A DNA stretch of 61,572 nt, counting the filler, from Deltaproteobacteria bacterium (GTDB lineage: Bacteria; JAEEML01), in NCBI GenBank assembly GCA_016283195.1. It is 4 parts of 4 records of this genome, joined end to end, with 100 filler letters (N's around TTAATTAATTAA, not from the genome) between each part and the next. Parts side by side here need not be neighbours in the genome. Positions count along the whole stretch, not along the records: positions 52,821 to 61,572 come from JAEEML010000046.1; 3 more parts are not named here. One strand, 5' to 3'. Positions 57,686 through 61,572 of this stretch are shown here, piece by piece (the stretch's first letter is position 1; every line of letters begins with the position of its first letter). The notes below the pieces were generated by a model, which worked only from the letters and a program-made list of their open reading frames with translations, made no database searches and was not told the DNA's origin. Both the position numbers and the translations under genes were made by a program.

Positions 57686-59536
57686 ATGAAATGGGCTAGT
57701 CGAACAAACCAGCTGCTTCTTGATTTGATTGTGCTTTCACTGGCCTATTGGCTCTCCTTCTTTATCCGCTTTGAAGGCGATTTACCTAAGCGCTTTATAA
57801 CATTGCTCTTTTTTACCTGGCCTTATACGCTCATTTTAAAATTTCTGGTTCTCCACATCACCGGTGTTTTAAAAATTTCCTGGCGCTATATCTCCCTAAA
57901 AGATGTCCTGCGCATCGTCCTCGCCGCTTCGATATCCTGCGCCGTTTTGCTTTTAAGCCGCGCCCTATTCGGCGAGCTAACTCTGGCTTGGAAATATGCC
58001 CACTACGGCACCATTCCCTATGGCATTATTTTAATAGACTTTTTGCTCACCATTTTGGGGCTTTCCGGCATTAGATCATTGCGCCGCCTCGTTTCCGAGC
58101 ACATAGAGCTGAAAAAAGTGCCCGATCTTCCGGAAAGGCGCGTTCTTTTGGTCGGCGCCGGGCAATCGGGAGTAACAGTGGCCAGAGAGCTTGCCGCGCA
58201 CCCGGAAATGGCTCTAAAAGTCATTGGCTTTTTGGATGATGACAAAGCCAAAATCGGCACCACCATCGGCGGCATAAAAGTACTGGGCGATACCGCCGAA
58301 ATTGCTTCCTGGTGCCAAAAAGAAAAAGCCGATGAAATTCTCATCGCCATCAGCAAGATAGCCGGGCCGCAAATCCGCCGCCTCACCAAACTCTGCCGGA
58401 AAACAGGCCTTGAAACCAAAATTATTCCCAGTTTGCATGAGCTGGTGGGCGGCAATCTTTCTGTAAATAGTATCCGCGATATTTCTATTGATGACCTTTT
58501 GGGCCGCGAAGCCGTTAATCTCGATTTGGAACTTATAAACCCATTATTAAAAGATAAATGCGTGCTGGTAACCGGCGCCGGCGGCTCCATCGGCAGCGAG
58601 CTCTGCCGCCAAATCGCCAATTTTGCCCCCAAAAATCTGCTTTTACTGGAACAAGCCGAAAATCCCCTCTTTGCTATCAGCAACGAGCTTAAAGCCAAAC
58701 AAGTACCCATAACTTCCATAATTGCCGATATTACCGATCGCGCCCGCATTGAAGATATTTTTGCTACCTATCAGCCGGAAGTGGTTTTTCATGCCGCTGC
58801 CCATAAACATGTGCCGCTCATGGAGCTAAATCCGCAAGAGGCTATTAAAAATAATGTCACGGGCACGAGAGTAATGGCCGAAACAGCCAGTAAATTCGGG
58901 GCCAAAGCCTTTTTGATGATTTCTACCGATAAAGCAGTCAATCCCAGCTCGGTTATGGGCGCCAGCAAGCGCATCGCCGAGCTCATTGTGCAAAGTCTTT
59001 CCGCCCGCTCGGCCACCAAGTTTGTCGCTGTGCGTTTTGGCAATGTTTTGGGTTCTTCGGGCAGCGTTATCCCCACCTTTTTGCAGCAAATTCGCGCCGG
59101 CGGGCCGGTTACCGTCACCCACCCGGATATGCGCCGCTATTTTATGACCATACCCGAAGCCTGCCAGCTGGTTTTGGAGGCCATCTCTCTGGGCGAAGGT
59201 GGGGAAATATTTATTTTGGACATGGGCAGCCCGGTAAAAATAGTGGATTTGGCCCGCGATTTAATCACCCTCTCCGGCTTAAAACCGGGTGAAGATATAA
59301 AAATCATTTTTACCGGTATGCGCCCGGGAGAAAAACTCTTTGAAGAGCTTTCGGTGAGCTCAGAACATGCCGAAAAGACCAAGCACCCCAAAATCTTTAT
59401 CGGGCGCATTGCCGCTGCCGACAGCCAAGCTCTGGCCCAAAAGGTCAGCGCGCTGGAAAAAGCCGCAGGAGAAAACAACGCCGCCGCCCTGCCGGCTCTC
59501 ATTAAAGCCATTGTACCGGAATACAGCGGAGCTTAG
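57686..59536 (+). CDS. CapD/PglF/WbpM-like membrane-bound UDP-sugar 4,6-dehydratase
   Basis: Four TMs, GAGQSG, TGAGGSIGSELCRQ, HAAAHKHVP, STDKAVNP..MGASKR, RFGNVLGS.GSV, GMRPGEKLFEE. Confidence 0.93.
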   Translation: MKWASRTNQLLLDLIVLSLAYWLSFFIRFEGDLPKRFITLLFFTWPYTLILKFLVLHITGVLKISWRYISLKDVLRIVLAASISCAVLLLSRALFGELTLAWKYAHYGTIPYGIILIDFLLTILGLSGIRSLRRLVSEHIELKKVPDLPERRVLLVGAGQSGVTVARELAAHPEMALKVIGFLDDDKAKIGTTIGGIKVLGDTAEIASWCQKEKADEILIAISKIAGPQIRRLTKLCRKTGLETKIIPSLHELVGGNLSVNSIRDISIDDLLGREAVNLDLELINPLLKDKCVLVTGAGGSIGSELCRQIANFAPKNLLLLEQAENPLFAISNELKAKQVPITSIIADITDRARIEDIFATYQPEVVFHAAAHKHVPLMELNPQEAIKNNVTGTRVMAETASKFGAKAFLMISTDKAVNPSSVMGASKRIAELIVQSLSARSATKFVAVRFGNVLGSSGSVIPTFLQQIRAGGPVTVTHPDMRRYFMTIPEACQLVLEAISLGEGGEIFILDMGSPVKIVDLARDLITLSGLKPGEDIKIIFTGMRPGEKLFEELSVSSEHAEKTKHPKIFIGRIAAADSQALAQKVSALEKAAGENNAAALPALIKAIVPEYSGA

Positions 59537-59542
59537 CTTTTT

Positions 59543-60394
59543 ATGGATAAAAAGCTCAAAATAGAAATAGTAAAACAGCTAAATATCACCCAAAAACTTT
59601 TAGCTGTCTGCCGCCTTTTTAAAAAAGCCCATATCCGCTTCGCCGTTTTAAAAGGCGCCCACCTGGCTTATGCTTATTACGCGCGGCCTGAGGATCGCCT
59701 TTTTAGCGATATGGATATTTTAATAGCCCCTGGCGATCGCCTGCGGGCAGTTAAACTTTTAGAGCAAAATTTTTCTCTGCGCTTTTACCGCCCTTTTCTT
59801 AAAGAAAAGCCCATAACCCATTATAACGACACCATCGTGCTGGATGGTTATGAGCTGGATTTGCACTATGACTTTAGCCCATATCACCGGTATCCGATTG
59901 ATATTAATGATTTTTTAGCACACACTAATTCGTTTTACATAAATGGCCAAGAGCTCCCGGGCCTGGCGCCGGAATATCTTTTGGCCAATTTGTCCATCCA
60001 TGCCCTAAAGGGCTATTATGAAATAACTCTAAAACATTTGCAGGATGTAGCTAAGGTTACGCAAAAGCGCCCGGTTAACTGGGAGAAGCTCTATGATTTA
60101 CTCGCCGGCTGCGGGGCAACTTATGGCAGTTATTATTATTTTCTAGCAGCCACAGCACAAACCGGAGCGGCAATTCCGCCCGAATTTATGGCCAAATTAA
60201 AGCCCCCCGTTTGGCGCCGGGCGGCCTTTAGTCACTTTGTCTCTATAGACACTCTGCCCATGCCCTGCCGAAAAATGGCCCTCCATAAATTGCAAATCAC
60301 TCTTTCGCCGCTCGTGCAAGATAACTCTCTCGCTTGGATAAACTCGGTAATAAGCTACTTATTAAAGCATAATAACCAGCTAGCTACGCTATAA
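59543..60394 (+). CDS. Nucleotidyltransferase family protein (NTP_transf_5-like)
   Basis: VLKG..LA..YY.....R...DMDIL, ELDLH, L..L.IH. Confidence 0.8.
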   Translation: MDKKLKIEIVKQLNITQKLLAVCRLFKKAHIRFAVLKGAHLAYAYYARPEDRLFSDMDILIAPGDRLRAVKLLEQNFSLRFYRPFLKEKPITHYNDTIVLDGYELDLHYDFSPYHRYPIDINDFLAHTNSFYINGQELPGLAPEYLLANLSIHALKGYYEITLKHLQDVAKVTQKRPVNWEKLYDLLAGCGATYGSYYYFLAATAQTGAAIPPEFMAKLKPPVWRRAAFSHFVSIDTLPMPCRKMALHKLQITLSPLVQDNSLAWINSVISYLLKHNNQLATL

Positions 60395-60498
60395 ACCAAC
60401 TTGCCCCTTGACAAATCGCCCTGAATGCTTACCCTTGCCACTGGAAAAATTGCTGCTATGTGGCAGCAAAAATTTTAGTAACCAAAAAGAGGTAAATC

Positions 60499-61572
60499 AT
60501 GAATCAACCAGACATCAAGTATCTTTTTGAACCACGCTCCGTCGCCGTTATCGGCGCTTCTGCCACTCCGGGTAAAATCGGTTACCTGGTGATGGATAAC
60601 ATTATTAGCTCCGGTTTTAAGGGCGAAGTTTATCCCATTAACCCCAAAGGCGGCGAAGTTTTAGGGAAAAAAGTTTACAATTCTGTTTGTGATATTGAAG
60701 GCGATGTTGATATCGCCGTTATTACCGTTCCGGCTAAATTAGTGCTCGCTGCCGTTACCGAATGTGCCAAAAAGCATGTTAAATTCATTCCCATCATCAC
60801 CTCCGGCTTCTCCGAGGTGGGTGAGAGAGAACTGGAAAAAGAGATTGTGCGCGTAGCCAATGAAGGCGGCTCCCGCGTACTCGGCCCCAATATCTTTGGT
60901 ATCTACTCCGCCGGCGCTCCCGTCAATGCCACCTTCGGCCCCAAAGTGGAAAAAGTGGGCAACGTGGCCATTATCACCCAGTCCGGCGCTCTCGGTATTG
61001 CCATGATCGGTAAAGCCGGCGTGGATAATTTGGGCCTTTCCACCATCGTCTCCGTGGGTAACAAGAGCGATATCGATGAAGTTGACCTTTTGGAATACCT
61101 CATTAAAGACGACAAGACCCGCACCATTCTCATGTACATGGAAGGCGTGCACAACGGCCCCAAATTTGTGGAAACTTTAAGGAAAGTCACCAAGATTAAA
61201 CCGGTTGTCGTGCTGAAATCCGGCCGCTCCAAACGCGGCGCCATGGCTGCTGCTTCCCACACCGGCTCTCTCGCCGGCACCGACGAAGTGTTTGATGCCG
61301 TGATGAAGCAGTGCGGCGTTATCCGCGCCGATACCATCCAGGAAGCTTTTGATTGGTGCAAATTCCTGGGCAACGCTCCGGTGCCTAAGGGCGAAAACTG
61401 CGTCATCGTCACCAATGGCGGCGGCGTGGGTGTTATGTGTACCGACGCTTGCGAAAAATACAACATCAAGCTCTTTGACGACCAAGAGATGTTAAAGCGC
61501 GAGTTCACCCCCATGACTCCCGCTTTCGGTTCCACCAAGAACCCCGTTGATATCACCGGCCAGGCCAAAGCC
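60499..61572 (+). CDS. Acetate--CoA ligase (ADP-forming) family protein, 3' partial
   Basis: Own translation: MNQPDIKYLFEPRSVAVIGAS..PGKIG, GPNIFG, ITQSGALG, SVGNKSD, KSGRS..GA.AAASHTGSLAG, VTNGGGVGV, NPVDITG. Absent from the ORF track because it has no stop in the window. Confidence 0.92.
   Translation, partial: MNQPDIKYLFEPRSVAVIGASATPGKIGYLVMDNIISSGFKGEVYPINPKGGEVLGKKVYNSVCDIEGDVDIAVITVPAKLVLAAVTECAKKHVKFIPIITSGFSEVGERELEKEIVRVANEGGSRVLGPNIFGIYSAGAPVNATFGPKVEKVGNVAIITQSGALGIAMIGKAGVDNLGLSTIVSVGNKSDIDEVDLLEYLIKDDKTRTILMYMEGVHNGPKFVETLRKVTKIKPVVVLKSGRSKRGAMAAASHTGSLAGTDEVFDAVMKQCGVIRADTIQEAFDWCKFLGNAPVPKGENCVIVTNGGGVGVMCTDACEKYNIKLFDDQEMLKREFTPMTPAFGSTKNPVDITGQAKA

Noticed and set aside
60675-61568. 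Minus-strand ORFs at the window end
   Set aside because: They are antisense to the acetate-CoA ligase gene on the plus strand.

Overview
Bacterial draft or metagenome scaffold made of four contigs joined by artificial 100-nt N linkers that each contain TTAATTAATTAA (5961-6060, 24393-24492, 52721-52820). Gene adjacency across these gaps is not real. The gene content suggests a deltaproteobacterial/Myxococcota-like, probably gut-associated organism; this is inferred from a MYXO-CTERM-like tail, Cys-rich proteins, a sigma-54 promoter, a Bat operon, and FISUMP and AAA-PD-(D/E)XK families. Core genes include mrp/apbC, a CDF transporter, greB, a U32 protein, MMPL and ABC transporters, the moxR-DUF58-bat cluster, gyrA, clpX, xdhC-mocA, ruvC-yebC, mltB, a capD/pglF-like gene and an acetate-CoA ligase. 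Two regions stand out. (1) At 5599-5960, an orphan FISUMP C-terminal segment has the codon signature and 3' hairpin of a diversity-generating retroelement (DGR) variable region; it is followed by helically phased repeats, an IHF-like site, a perfect sigma-54 promoter and an RBS at the contig end. (2) At about 34.4-49 kb, a plasticity region holds a truncated cas6 and two mosaic AAA-ATPase/PD-(D/E)XK paralogs in direct repeat. These flank a macrodomain gene and an AT-rich, translationally coupled operon of a giant ankyrin protein and two DUF4230-like proteins. The region also has GAACT-repeat elements and a tandem FISUMP gene. I found no rRNA, tRNA, CRISPR array, reverse transcriptase, integrase or transposase. 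All family calls come from motif recognition by eye; no searches were run.
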